IMG/VR virus record: IMGVR_UViG_3300034159_000059
From: a virus
Length of the DNA stretch: 17,442 bases
Reading direction: 5' to 3' (one strand)
The notes below the pieces were generated by a model. That model did no database searches and was not told where the DNA came from. It saw only the letters and a program-made list of their open reading frames with translations. The position numbers were made by a program, and so were the translations under genes. Positions 1 through 7,705 of the stretch are shown piece by piece; position 1 is the first letter of the stretch, and each line of letters opens with the position of its first letter.

Positions 1-68
1 GAGATCCCTAAAAAGAGGGGGAAGAAGTAGTCCTACTCACCAACCAAGATTTGCGGCATTCCTAGAGT

Positions 69-431
69 ATGCTCCGTGAAAGTCTTCCATCTTTCTTCGA
101 CGAGCTCGGCAAGATCGCAGAGGATCTCATGAATCCTGCGGTCGTCGCCGACTCAGCCAGTGTCGACGGACCTCCGGCTGCTCCGTGGACAAGACGTAGA
201 GGTTTCAAGAAGATCGAAAAGGTCATCCCGAAGGAGGCCGCCGCTAAGGACCTCCTTCGAAAGGCCGTGACCTCTTACAAGGGCATCAAGAGGAAGGCGG
301 GGGACGCGGCCTTGAAGACCTACGTCGCCCTTCCGCACCCCGTTCGGAAGGCGCTCACCAATCCCTCGGCCATGGATCCCTCAGACGTGGCCACTTCGAC
401 AGCTATCCGTAGCCTGTTCGGAGGCTTCTAG
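69..431 (+). CDS. hypothetical protein (120 aa)
   Basis: ATG ORF in track; same strand and codon style as neighbours; no clear SD upstream (an internal ATG at 129 has a GAGGAT box); no recognisable domain. Confidence 0.45.
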   Translation: MLRESLPSFFDELGKIAEDLMNPAVVADSASVDGPPAAPWTRRRGFKKIEKVIPKEAAAKDLLRKAVTSYKGIKRKAGDAALKTYVALPHPVRKALTNPSAMDPSDVATSTAIRSLFGGF

Positions 432-446
432 TAGGCCCTGGGAGAG

Positions 447-872
447 GTGATGGCCAAAGTAGAGCTCCTAGAGATCGCGGACCTCTTCGGCATGATCGTA
501 GTGCAGCCGTCCGGCGTCCTCTGGGTGGGCAACGCGGGAGGAGCCTCCTGCTACCACCCAGAGGTTGAGGGGATATTCGTTCCGCTCGACCACACCATGC
601 TGCCTGCCCAAGACATCCTGGTGTACGACTTCTGGTTTTCGAAGGATCTCATGATAGACCAGAAGGATTTCATCGCAGAGTACCTTCACCAGAACTGCTA
701 CTTGGATACCTTCTTCGAGCCGGACCCAGACATGGCCCCCGAGACGGAGTTTGGAGAGGCTTGGATCCCGGTGAAGGTGAGGGATTCCGTCGACGAAGGT
801 TTCACCTTCGCTACGGTGATGCGGCCTTTCGTAGGTCGGCGAGCCGTCATCGTCTACACCAACTCCGCCTAG
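447..872 (+). CDS. hypothetical protein (141 aa)
   Basis: GTG447/ATG450 right after a GGGAGAGG box (440-447); start choice ambiguous; no recognisable domain. Confidence 0.55.
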   Translation: MMAKVELLEIADLFGMIVVQPSGVLWVGNAGGASCYHPEVEGIFVPLDHTMLPAQDILVYDFWFSKDLMIDQKDFIAEYLHQNCYLDTFFEPDPDMAPETEFGEAWIPVKVRDSVDEGFTFATVMRPFVGRRAVIVYTNSA

Positions 873-942
873 CTGCTGGTCTAGAACCCCCGCTACGTAC
901 CCACAAACCCTCAGTGCATCTGCACTGGGATAGGAGCTCGTT

Positions 943-1353
943 GTGAAAAAGGAAACGTCTGCGTCCTCTACGAAGAGCAGGGTAGATGTGCAGGAGGCGA
1001 TCATCGTCCACGTCGTCACCGACGGGCTCGCACGAGGATGGGCCCATACTCATGGCCTCTCTGCTTTCGACGAGCCGGAGTTGGAGATTCGGGGACTGCC
1101 ATGCTTCATGGCCCCCTCGGCGGTCGGGCTTCTCAACACGATCGCTGACTACATGCTGAACGACGCCACAAAGCCGATCCGGGCCGGACAGAATATGGAC
1201 CTCGGACGAGTAGTCGTTCGCTTCGAGGAAGGGAAGCCGGACGAGTCGGCTGGTTATGACAACAATCACTACGAGACTCGGCGACTGACCCTCGTAGATG
1301 TGGAGAGTGTGCCTTGTGATGCTTGCACCAAGGCAGGGGATCCTAAGAACTAG
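943..1353 (+). CDS. hypothetical protein (136 aa)
   Basis: GTG start preceded by AGGAG (spacing ~6); acidic/aromatic composition; no recognisable domain. Confidence 0.6.
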   Translation: MKKETSASSTKSRVDVQEAIIVHVVTDGLARGWAHTHGLSAFDEPELEIRGLPCFMAPSAVGLLNTIADYMLNDATKPIRAGQNMDLGRVVVRFEEGKPDESAGYDNNHYETRRLTLVDVESVPCDACTKAGDPKN

Positions 1354-1434
1354 GCCCAAACGAGCAATTTTGCCTCCACTAAGGGTACAAGAAGGTAGCG
1401 GGGAGAATACCTGCTACTTCCCTTGGAGGCACCA

Positions 1435-1989
1435 ATGAAGAACACGTTCTGGATGTTGCTGCTTGCAGTTTTCACGCTCCCGGCGTGTGGTGGAACCGAG
1501 GGTACTACTACCAACGGCCAGACCTACGCACAGGACCTCTACGGCACCACCTACCAGCCCGAGCTCATCACCCCCCAGTACGACCAGGCGATGAACGTCA
1601 ACAACGCCATCAAGGTCGCGCTCGGTCTCTCGGACAACCAGATGACGGCCTGCCTGTCGGGCATCGTCCACGTCGTCGAGCAGCAGGTCGACGCCTGCCC
1701 GCCGGAAGCAGGCGGCGTCTGCAACCCTGAAATGCGCGTTTGCCTCAACGATGGTACGTGCGTCAACGGAGTCCCGAACGCAGACGCCTTGACGGTGACC
1801 TCGGCCACTCTCACGGTCGTCGAACTCAAGTCGGGTAGCTGCTACTTCGACATCGAGTACGGAATGGCCCTCGGGTACCTGCTCGACATCTGCAAGCGTG
1901 GAGGTTCCGTTCAAACCACTACGGGAAACTTCCCCGACGCGCAGGCGGTCAACGAGACTCTTCGCGGGATGAACCTCTGCGTCAAGTAG
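1435..1989 (+). CDS. Cys-rich secreted protein, putative lipoprotein
   Basis: GGAGG at 1425-1429, 5 nt before ATG1435. N-terminus MKNTFWMLLLAVFTLPACGG is a signal peptide with a lipobox-like LPAC. About 9 further Cys residues and Thr/Gly/Asn-rich mature part. The track's TTG1423 start is less likely. Confidence 0.65.
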   Translation: MKNTFWMLLLAVFTLPACGGTEGTTTNGQTYAQDLYGTTYQPELITPQYDQAMNVNNAIKVALGLSDNQMTACLSGIVHVVEQQVDACPPEAGGVCNPEMRVCLNDGTCVNGVPNADALTVTSATLTVVELKSGSCYFDIEYGMALGYLLDICKRGGSVQTTTGNFPDAQAVNETLRGMNLCVK

Positions 1990-1996
1990 TGAGCCT

Positions 1997-2037
1997 CAGA
2001 AGAGCTTGGAGAGAACACCCTCCAAGCTCTTCTTTAC
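1997..2037 (+). terminator. intrinsic terminator
   Basis: perfect 13-bp stem AGAAGAGCTTGGA / TCCAAGCTCTTCT with 9-nt loop followed by TTT, 8 nt after stop of 1435..1989. Confidence 0.7.
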
Positions 2038-2059
2038 GTTAACTTCAAGGAGGTCTGGT

Positions 2060-2395
2060 ATGGGTTGGAAGGAAGAAGATCTGGAGATGCTCAAAAACAA
2101 GCTCGACTGGCCGCTTCATCCACTTCTACCGGTGAAGAGACCGATCGGCGGGTTGAGTATACCTACCAGTGGGGTGGTTCTGGCCTCGGACGAAAAGCCC
2201 ACTGTCTACGTGGGAGTATCCATCTTCGAGCTTGGAGTCGCGCCTACTGGCACGGCCCAAGGGAATGTGATCCACTACGACCCCACACCATCCTCTCTCC
2301 CCCACGCGGAGATTCGGGATATGCTACGTGGGTACCAAAAACGAGAGTTCTCCTCTTGGGAGGAGTTCCAAAAGGAAGGGTGGATGGTAGACTGA
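2060..2395 (+). CDS. hypothetical protein (111 aa)
   Basis: AAGGAGG 7 nt upstream of ATG2060; the track start at 2006 lies inside the terminator and is unlikely. Confidence 0.6.
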   Translation: MGWKEEDLEMLKNKLDWPLHPLLPVKRPIGGLSIPTSGVVLASDEKPTVYVGVSIFELGVAPTGTAQGNVIHYDPTPSSLPHAEIRDMLRGYQKREFSSWEEFQKEGWMVD

Positions 2396-2622
2396 TGGTA
2401 AAGGCCACTGCTATCACAGACAGAGGTGCTAGGCTGGTCATCATCGGCCTCTCCCGAGCCAACTGCGAACTGTTGTTGGCGGGGAAGCCGATCGCTTTTC
2501 AAGGGTCGGACGTCTCTCTAGACACAGAACCGGCGACAAACTTCCTCCTAGTGGCCGGTGAGACGGAAGACGCCATCGCAGAAGAGCTCAAGAAGCATCT
2601 TCATACTTCTGCGATAGCCTAG
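2395..2622 (+). CDS. hypothetical protein (75 aa)
   Basis: ATG overlaps stop of previous gene (TGATG, one shared base); in frame with track ORF 2065..2622; translationally coupled. Confidence 0.5.
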   Translation: MVKATAITDRGARLVIIGLSRANCELLLAGKPIAFQGSDVSLDTEPATNFLLVAGETEDAIAEELKKHLHTSAIA

Positions 2623-2730
2623 TACCACCCCACAGGGTCGAAAGAGGTCAAGAAAGTCCACAACTTGGCCCCACAGGCTTGCCAATGAGCCTCTTCGCCC
2701 CTCATGATGATGGCATTGTGACGGAAGAGC

Positions 2731-2759
2731 GGCAAAACAAGGGTCCTCGGAGCAATAAG
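2731..2759 (+). promoter_or_regulatory. promoter-like element GGCAAA-N17-AATAAG
   Basis: member of the recurring bipartite motif (see findings); 48 nt upstream of ATG2807. Confidence 0.3.
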
Positions 2760-2806
2760 ACATATAGTGAAGGAAGTAAGGTCTTCACTCTCTCGGGGAG
2801 GACATC

Positions 2807-3178
2807 ATGGGTATCTCGGTTCAAGACCTTGGAAAAGCCATCCGCTTGGAGCTGGAAGGTGTGAAGCGCAGTCTCGACTCGTTCGAGATCAGCCCGTTGG
2901 GACGAGAACGGGTGATGCTCATCGTCAACCGTTTCGAAGCGGCCACAGAAGCTGACCTGGAGCTCTACCGAACCACTCACCTCGATGTCCGTCCGAGTCT
3001 TCAAGGACGCCTGGACAACCTCCGGGACCTTCCGAGGGCTATCCACGGCGCCGTCGACGACGCTCACAACGTCAAGTGGCTGGCAGAGTGGTTCATCGAA
3101 GCCGAAGGGGATCCTCAGAGCGGTCTCAGAGCCGCTCTCGAAACAACCTCCCAGCCCGATTCCGGGCTGGTCAACTGA
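2807..3178 (+). CDS. hypothetical protein (123 aa)
   Basis: GGGGAGG 6 nt before ATG; long ORF; no recognisable domain. Confidence 0.6.
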   Translation: MGISVQDLGKAIRLELEGVKRSLDSFEISPLGRERVMLIVNRFEAATEADLELYRTTHLDVRPSLQGRLDNLRDLPRAIHGAVDDAHNVKWLAEWFIEAEGDPQSGLRAALETTSQPDSGLVN

Positions 3179-3189
3179 AGGTGGAGACG

Positions 3190-3357
3190 ATGGCTCCAGT
3201 TCTAGAAGAAGCCCGCCAAGAGAAGAAGGCCCATCAGAAGAAGACACCGAGACCTATCAGGCGGGTCCTTCTAGCACTGGAGCACGAGGGTGCGAAGAGC
3301 GCTGTGGAGAGCATCGAAGAAGCGCTCGCTGCCCTCTCCGAAGAGAATCCGAAGTAG
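3190..3357 (+). CDS. hypothetical small protein (55 aa)
   Basis: GAAGGTGGAG RBS before ATG3190, 11 nt after stop of previous gene; Lys/Glu-rich helical-looking peptide. Confidence 0.4.
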   Translation: MAPVLEEARQEKKAHQKKTPRPIRRVLLALEHEGAKSAVESIEEALAALSEENPK

Positions 3358-3456
3358 CGAAGCTAGTAGAGAGGCTCTCTTCTGTCCTCCCGGAGAGTCT
3401 CGGCGGCGGGGTCTCCCTCACTCCGCCGTTTTTAGGCCGAATTCTGCGCCACTATT

Positions 3457-3485
3457 AGCAAATCCATGGTCTCAGCCGGCATAAG
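3457..3485 (+). promoter_or_regulatory. promoter-like element AGCAAA-N17-CATAAG
   Basis: bipartite motif, 52 nt upstream of ATG3538. Confidence 0.3.
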
Positions 3486-3537
3486 GGGTTTGACGGAGAA
3501 GGTACGCATTCCGTTCTAAACCCGTTGGGAGGACACC

Positions 3538-3672
3538 ATGATCAAGACCATCATCAAGAACATCGCCATCTACTCGATCGCTGCGTTCGTCGGCGGCGCC
3601 GTCGCCGGCTGGGCCTTCCGCGGGCGCCGCGAGAAGAAGAGCGTCGTGTCGGAGGCCAGGAAGGCTGCGTAG
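3538..3672 (+). CDS. small single-pass membrane protein (44 aa)
   Basis: not in the 60-aa-threshold track; GGGAGG 5 nt before ATG3538; translation MIKTIIKNIAIYSIAAFVGGAVAGWAFRGRREKKSVVSEARKAA has a hydrophobic TM helix then a basic tail; stop 3670-3672; followed by a terminator. Confidence 0.5.
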   Translation: MIKTIIKNIAIYSIAAFVGGAVAGWAFRGRREKKSVVSEARKAA

Positions 3673-3696
3673 GCACCTTTCCCGCATCTGGTTGAA

Positions 3697-3730
3697 AGAG
3701 GCGCTCGAAGTCTGAGCGCCTCTTTTCTTA
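3697..3730. terminator. intrinsic terminator (between convergent genes)
   Basis: AGAGGCGCTC-gaagtct-GAGCGCCTCT then TTTCTT; between convergent genes 3538..3672(+) and 3776..4081(-). Confidence 0.75.
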
Positions 3731-3775
3731 GCCCTGTCTTCCCTCTACAACCCCCAGACCCAGGGCGCTGGTTGC

Positions 3776-4081
3776 CTAACCCATCATCAGGGAGGAGCCA
3801 AGAGAGCAGCCAGTCTCTTCAGGGGATGGCTGCTCTTGTTCTCTGGCCAGTGTCAGAACGATCCCTCCCTCGGTAGAGACCGACTGGATCCTGACGTGAG
3901 GGGAACGAACCGCCTTGACGAGACGTTCCATCCGCTCGCGCACAAGAGAATCACTCTCCCCGATGTAGAACAGATCAGGTAGCTCGGTGGTTGAAGCCTT
4001 GTAGCGACCATCGGGCAGCCGCTCGACAGCAACAGTGAGATCCATTAGAGCCTCCAGAGATGTGTAAGGGTAAGAGGACAT
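3776..4081 (-). CDS. HicB-like antitoxin-fold protein (UPF0150/HicB N-terminal domain), no DNA-binding tail
   Basis: minus-strand gene inside a + strand array. The segment VAVERLPDGRYKASTTELPDLFYIGESDSLVRERMERLVKAV matches the HicB N-domain pattern (E-x-DGGY-x-A-x-x-PDLPG-x-x-x-G-x-T-x-EEA-x-x-N-x-x-EA). ATG at 4081; the track's TTG4099 is an alternative start. Confidence 0.5.
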   Translation of the reverse strand: MSSYPYTSLEALMDLTVAVERLPDGRYKASTTELPDLFYIGESDSLVRERMERLVKAVRSPHVRIQSVSTEGGIVLTLAREQEQPSPEETGCSLGSSLMMG

Positions 4082-4175
4082 CTCTCGGTCCCAAGTCAAC
4101 CCCCGATAACCGAAAGAGCCCCATCTTTCTTGTCTGGCATTCTCTCATTCCCAGAGGGGGAACTCTATATGGGTG

Positions 4176-4256
4176 CTAGGGCGGATAGGTGGGACGGCCC
4201 TTTTGCCTTAGAAAACACCTCTCACTTCTTGAGATAAGACGTTCAAGAGGAGCCAC
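4176..4256 (-). pseudogene. possible decayed hicA remnant
   Basis: minus-strand frame reads VAPLERLISRSERCFLRQKGRPTYPP*; RLISRSERCFLRQKG resembles the HicA core (ELIKxLEKxGWxLVRQKGSH) but stops about 30 aa early and has no proper ATG; sits where hicA would lie upstream of hicB. Confidence 0.2.
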
Positions 4257-4344
4257 GAGTGCTCCAACTGGTATAGAGACAATCTACCTACTCTTTAAGT
4301 GATAAGGTCTGGGACCGAAAAACCGGCCCAACTACCAGGAGCAG

Positions 4345-4611
4345 GTGATGCCCAACGCCGTCCTTCATAGTATCGCGGAGTCGGTGACCGATATCGACTC
4401 CGGCGAAAGAAAAAAGGCCCTCGATTCCGTAGACGAACAGTTTCGGACCCAGGCGGAGATGGAGCTGGATCGGCTCATAAATACTGGCATCACCAGAGTC
4501 GCCGACGCAGTGCGCTATGGAGAGTTCGAGAAAGCGACTGAGTTGGTGATCAGGTTGCGCAGAGAGGTGACGACGTACCATCCCTCCACTGCGAACACGA
4601 AGTCCTGCTAG
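4345..4611 (+). CDS. hypothetical protein (88 aa)
   Basis: AGGAGCAGG before ATG; GATAAG boxes at 4233 and 4301 upstream. Confidence 0.6.
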   Translation: MMPNAVLHSIAESVTDIDSGERKKALDSVDEQFRTQAEMELDRLINTGITRVADAVRYGEFEKATELVIRLRREVTTYHPSTANTKSC

Positions 4612-4653
4612 CACGTGGGGTATTCCCCATTCACAAGCAGCGTGCAGGTAGGC

Positions 4654-4696
4654 AGGAGGGGGCGGCGCCTTCTAGGCCGCAGCGCCCTCCTTTTTT
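4654..4696 (+). terminator. intrinsic terminator
   Basis: GC-rich imperfect hairpin GGAGGGGGCGGC...GCCGCAGCGCCCTCC followed by TTTTTT then AGCC. Confidence 0.65.
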
Positions 4697-4710
4697 AGCC
4701 CATACTAATA

Positions 4711-4739
4711 GGAAAGACTTCCAGAGAGTTAGTCATAAG
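4711..4739 (+). promoter_or_regulatory. promoter-like element GGAAAG-N17-CATAAG
   Basis: bipartite motif, 39 nt upstream of ATG4779. Confidence 0.3.
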
Positions 4740-4778
4740 AGTCCATGGAGATTCACCCCTAGTACAGTAGGAGAGAAC

Positions 4779-5261
4779 ATGACCGGACTGGAGAAGCTGA
4801 AGCTCTTCAAGGAGAAGTTTCTGCAACTCACTCGTCTGCAAGGGCGATCGGAGATCCCGTCGCAGATGAGAAAGCCGATCGAGGCTGCTCTGAAGGTGGT
4901 CACCAACCTTCAAATCGAAGCCCTCTTCCTGAAGCTGGGGGAGGCGAACTGGAGACCGAAGGAGACGATGGAAGGGACCCTCAACGGCGCCATGTTCTCG
5001 GTGGCCTATACGCTTGGGAACTTCATCGATCGCTACGTCGCCGCTTCTGCGGAAGTCGATCCATGGGTGAAGCAGGCTGCTCCCTTCTTCGAGGAGCTGA
5101 AGGCTGTGGCTACTAGCCTCTACAGCGCTTCCACGGAGCCTGGGCAGGAGATCGGGGTCTCTCCGGACGCCCCGTTGATGGAGCCGATCACCCGGGCGAG
5201 CTTCCCGGACATCGAAACAAACGCACTGGTTGGCGGTCTCATGACCGCATCCTCGAAGTAG
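4779..5261 (+). CDS. hypothetical protein (160 aa)
   Basis: GTAGGAGAGAAC before ATG; long ORF; no recognisable domain. Confidence 0.65.
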   Translation: MTGLEKLKLFKEKFLQLTRLQGRSEIPSQMRKPIEAALKVVTNLQIEALFLKLGEANWRPKETMEGTLNGAMFSVAYTLGNFIDRYVAASAEVDPWVKQAAPFFEELKAVATSLYSASTEPGQEIGVSPDAPLMEPITRASFPDIETNALVGGLMTASSK

Positions 5262-5287
5262 GGCTTCTCTCGCTCTGAGTAGAAGCC

Positions 5288-5578
5288 ATGAAATACCTGA
5301 TCGGCAGAGCAACAGTCCTTCTTCAAGGACTGATCTTTTCCAAGGTCGAGGTCATGGCAGTTTCAGAGGACGAGCAGGGAGTGGTCTTCTTCGAGTACCG
5401 AGGAGACCTCATTCTGCTCGTTCCTCCAGAGTCTCGACCGCTCTTGATTGAAGGGTTCCCGTTCGAGACGAAGGTGGGAACTCTCCAACTCACCCCGTCC
5501 GCTCCTATGAGCGTTGCAGCACTGGCAGAGACTGGAAAGGTCGTAGCTCAACTCGTCTTCGGCAGGAGTACTACATGA
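5288..5578 (+). CDS. hypothetical protein (96 aa)
   Basis: ORF ending in ATGA overlap with next gene; weak SD at 5288, alternative start ATG5354 has an AAGGTCGAGG box. Confidence 0.45.
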   Translation: MKYLIGRATVLLQGLIFSKVEVMAVSEDEQGVVFFEYRGDLILLVPPESRPLLIEGFPFETKVGTLQLTPSAPMSVAALAETGKVVAQLVFGRSTT

Positions 5579-6018
5579 GGTCTTCTAAACTCACGACCGC
5601 GAACGTCGAAACCGTCTTCCAGAAGTGCCTCTTCCCCAAGGACCGGGCGGACTTCGACCACGCCATCGTGGTGGACGGCACGCAGGAGTGCTTCGCCTTC
5701 GAGGTGGAGAAGATCCAGGAGAACCGGGACCAGATTCACTCCATGCTCTCGGAGCTTCCGGAGTCGTTCATCGAAGGCGTCGGGGAAGGCGGGAGCTTCT
5801 TCCTGGCCGGCTTCGACCGGTACGGGAATGAGTGGGCGGCCCACCACGGGGAGATGGAGAAGCTGTTCGCGCTCGGCAAGGCGTCTGGAGACATCGAGGT
5901 GATCGTCGAGGATGGAGTCGGAGGTCTTCCCATCTTCCTGGTGACGATGGACTCGACCGAGAAGCTGGTTGGGAAGGGGTCTCACGCCTTCCACGAGCTG
6001 CGAGAAATTGGGGCCTAA
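5575..6018 (+). CDS. hypothetical protein (147 aa)
   Basis: ATG5575 overlaps the previous stop (ATGA); AGGAG 8 nt upstream; acidic protein. Confidence 0.65.
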   Translation: MRSSKLTTANVETVFQKCLFPKDRADFDHAIVVDGTQECFAFEVEKIQENRDQIHSMLSELPESFIEGVGEGGSFFLAGFDRYGNEWAAHHGEMEKLFALGKASGDIEVIVEDGVGGLPIFLVTMDSTEKLVGKGSHAFHELREIGA

Positions 6019-6020
6019 CG

Positions 6021-6048
6021 GCTCCGGGGCGGATTTCCGCCCCTCTTA
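6021..6048 (+). terminator. intrinsic terminator
   Basis: GGGGCGG-attt-CCGCCCC then TCTTAGCCC, 3 nt after stop. Confidence 0.55.
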
Positions 6049-6058
6049 GCCCAAGATC

Positions 6059-6087
6059 GGCAAATGCACTGAGGGTGCAGTCATAAG
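6059..6087 (+). promoter_or_regulatory. promoter-like element GGCAAA-N17-CATAAG
   Basis: bipartite motif, 22 nt upstream of ATG6110. Confidence 0.3.
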
Positions 6088-6109
6088 GGCTACGGAGGAA
6101 ACATACACC

Positions 6110-6334
6110 ATGGAACCAGCACGACTTCAGGCTTTGAAGAAGGACGCTGAAAGTCGGGGGCCGAATCAAGTAATCATTCTTCCCCCGCCCGAAGTCCTGG
6201 AACTGGTGGTGGAGCTGGAGATGTGGAGGCTTTGGGGTACTCGTATCGCGGCCATCGCGGGCGAGATGCCGAAGGAAGTCTCCATGGATTCGAAGGCTTC
6301 TGACAATCAGTCCCAGGCGATCGATCAGCAATGA
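6110..6334 (+). CDS. hypothetical protein (74 aa)
   Basis: GGAGG 11 nt upstream; small acidic protein. Confidence 0.5.
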   Translation: MEPARLQALKKDAESRGPNQVIILPPPEVLELVVELEMWRLWGTRIAAIAGEMPKEVSMDSKASDNQSQAIDQQ

Positions 6335-6410
6335 TAGCAGCACTGGGAATACCCAAGTACGTGGGACGTAGACTAGTCTCATCAAGAACTGGTAATTGAG
6401 GGAGAGGGAT

Positions 6411-6686
6411 ATGAATCCAGAACTTCAGAAGATACTACGCTACTTCCTGGAGCTTCGAGACGAGAGTCTCAAGATCATCAACGACCTCAAGATCCCCGAG
6501 GTAGACAAGGCGCAGCACAGAATCGAACTGAACAGCAGTTACTACACTCGGTGCTCCGTCATCTTGTGGACGCTGGCTCACAGCTCGCCCATCGATCCCT
6601 CGATCATCGAGGAAACTACGCGGCCTATTCAGGCCAAGAGAGACCAGCTCCGTCACATGACAGAGCTTTCACAAGTGAGTCTGTAG
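6411..6686 (+). CDS. hypothetical protein (91 aa)
   Basis: GGGAGAGGG immediately before ATG6411 (in frame with the track's 6396 start). Confidence 0.55.
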   Translation: MNPELQKILRYFLELRDESLKIINDLKIPEVDKAQHRIELNSSYYTRCSVILWTLAHSSPIDPSIIEETTRPIQAKRDQLRHMTELSQVSL

Positions 6687-6692
6687 CAAGAA

Positions 6693-6727
6693 GAGGGTGC
6701 TGGGGACCTCCCCAGCACCCTCTTTCC
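6693..6727 (+). terminator. intrinsic terminator
   Basis: perfect 14-bp stem GAGGGTGCTGGGGA-cc-TCCCCAGCACCCTC followed by TTTCC. Confidence 0.8.
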
Positions 6728-6744
6728 ACAATGGGAGGACTATC

Positions 6745-7602
6745 ATGGCTACTCAGCAGACGGCTCCGGTTTCTCTACGAGGCAGGATTGCAGTCGTGGC
6801 TCCGACGTTTCTGTCTACGTTCCAGAATCGTATGGCTGCGCTTCTCAATGAGGAGAAGAATCCGGAGCACGTGCTGACCATGGACTCCATCACCGACGAG
6901 GTGGATGTTCAGACCCGGTTCCTGATGCGTATTCTCGCCAGGAAGCCGGCACCTCTGGCTCTCATCACCGTCTCTGTCCGTCCCACGCCCGAGATGATTC
7001 GTGCGTTCAGGGAAGCCCAGATCCCGGTGGTGTTGATCGACGAGGAGGCACCGGGAGCGGCAACGGTTGCGGCCGACAACTTCGTGGGTGGGTATCTCGC
7101 AGGAAGCCACCTGGCGAAGCTCGGTCGAAAGAGCGTGGCGATCATCTCTGGACGGACCGACGTGGCTGGCGGGTACAACGCCAAGCAGAGGGTCGAGGGA
7201 TTCCGCTCGGCTCTCGTGAAACAAGGTCTTCACATTCCTGACGGTGGGAAGTTCGAGGTCGAGCACTACACCGACAAGGAAGGAGAAGATCTCTCAGTGA
7301 TTCTCGCTTCCAGCAAGAAGTTCGACGGCGTGTTCGTGGCCGCCGGAGATTCTTGCGCACGAGGCATTCTACGAGGGGTTCGACGCGCAGGCGTGAACGT
7401 TCCCGATCAGATGGCGCTCGTCGGGTACGACGGCATGCTGGCCGCCGAAGTCTGCGCGGTACCTCTCACCACAGTGAAGCAACCCTTGCAGCAGATGGCT
7501 GCGGCTGCGATCCGGCTGGCCATCGCCGACCGGATGGAGACGCTGACGCACCCCAAGAAGATGGTCTACAAGCCCGAACTCATCGTGAGACGGTCAGCCT
7601 AG
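6745..7602 (+). CDS. LacI/GalR-family ligand-binding (PBP type-1) core domain protein lacking the HTH DNA-binding domain
   Basis: GGGAGG 6 nt before ATG6745. The C-terminal stretch DGVFVAAGDSCARGILRGVRRAGVNVPDQMALVGYDGMLAAEVCAVPLTTVKQPLQQMAAAAIRL aligns to the LacI core ([48 protein letters not shown]). The N-terminus RIAVVAPTFLSTFQNRMAALL aligns to the first strand/helix of the LacI core at about residue 60. No helix-turn-helix is encoded in this ORF or upstream of it. Confidence 0.75.
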   Translation: MATQQTAPVSLRGRIAVVAPTFLSTFQNRMAALLNEEKNPEHVLTMDSITDEVDVQTRFLMRILARKPAPLALITVSVRPTPEMIRAFREAQIPVVLIDEEAPGAATVAADNFVGGYLAGSHLAKLGRKSVAIISGRTDVAGGYNAKQRVEGFRSALVKQGLHIPDGGKFEVEHYTDKEGEDLSVILASSKKFDGVFVAAGDSCARGILRGVRRAGVNVPDQMALVGYDGMLAAEVCAVPLTTVKQPLQQMAAAAIRLAIADRMETLTHPKKMVYKPELIVRRSA

Positions 7603-7632
7603 TAGGTGGACGGTCCTCCCCGTCCGAAACAG

Positions 7633-7673
7633 AAGGGCCCGAGGCTACGACGCTCGGGCCCTTCGCTTTTTCA
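7633..7673 (+). terminator. intrinsic terminator
   Basis: perfect 12-bp stem GAAGGGCCCGAG-gctacgacg-CTCGGGCCCTTC followed by GCTTTTTC. Confidence 0.85.
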
Positions 7674-7705
7674 CATCCTAAGCCCAAACCCAGAAGAGGG
7701 AGAGC

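Noticed and set aside
1423-1434. TTG start at 1423 for the secreted protein
   Set aside because: GGAGG at 1425-1429 places the RBS inside that extension. ATG1435 with 5-nt spacing is the coherent start.
2702-3247. 181-aa minus-strand ORF
   Set aside because: It lies antisense to 2807..3178 and 3190..3357, and has low-complexity composition.
4695-5312. 205-aa minus-strand ORF
   Set aside because: It lies antisense to the well-supported 4779..5261 gene and runs through the 4654-4696 terminator.
5768-6385. 205-aa minus-strand ORF
   Set aside because: It is Arg/Pro/Ser-rich and spans the 6021-6048 terminator and two + strand genes, so it is an antisense artefact.
6697-6744. N-terminal extension of the LacI-like ORF (track start 6697)
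   Set aside because: The extension runs through the terminator hairpin and uses a non-ATG start. GGGAGG at 6733-6738 fits ATG6745.
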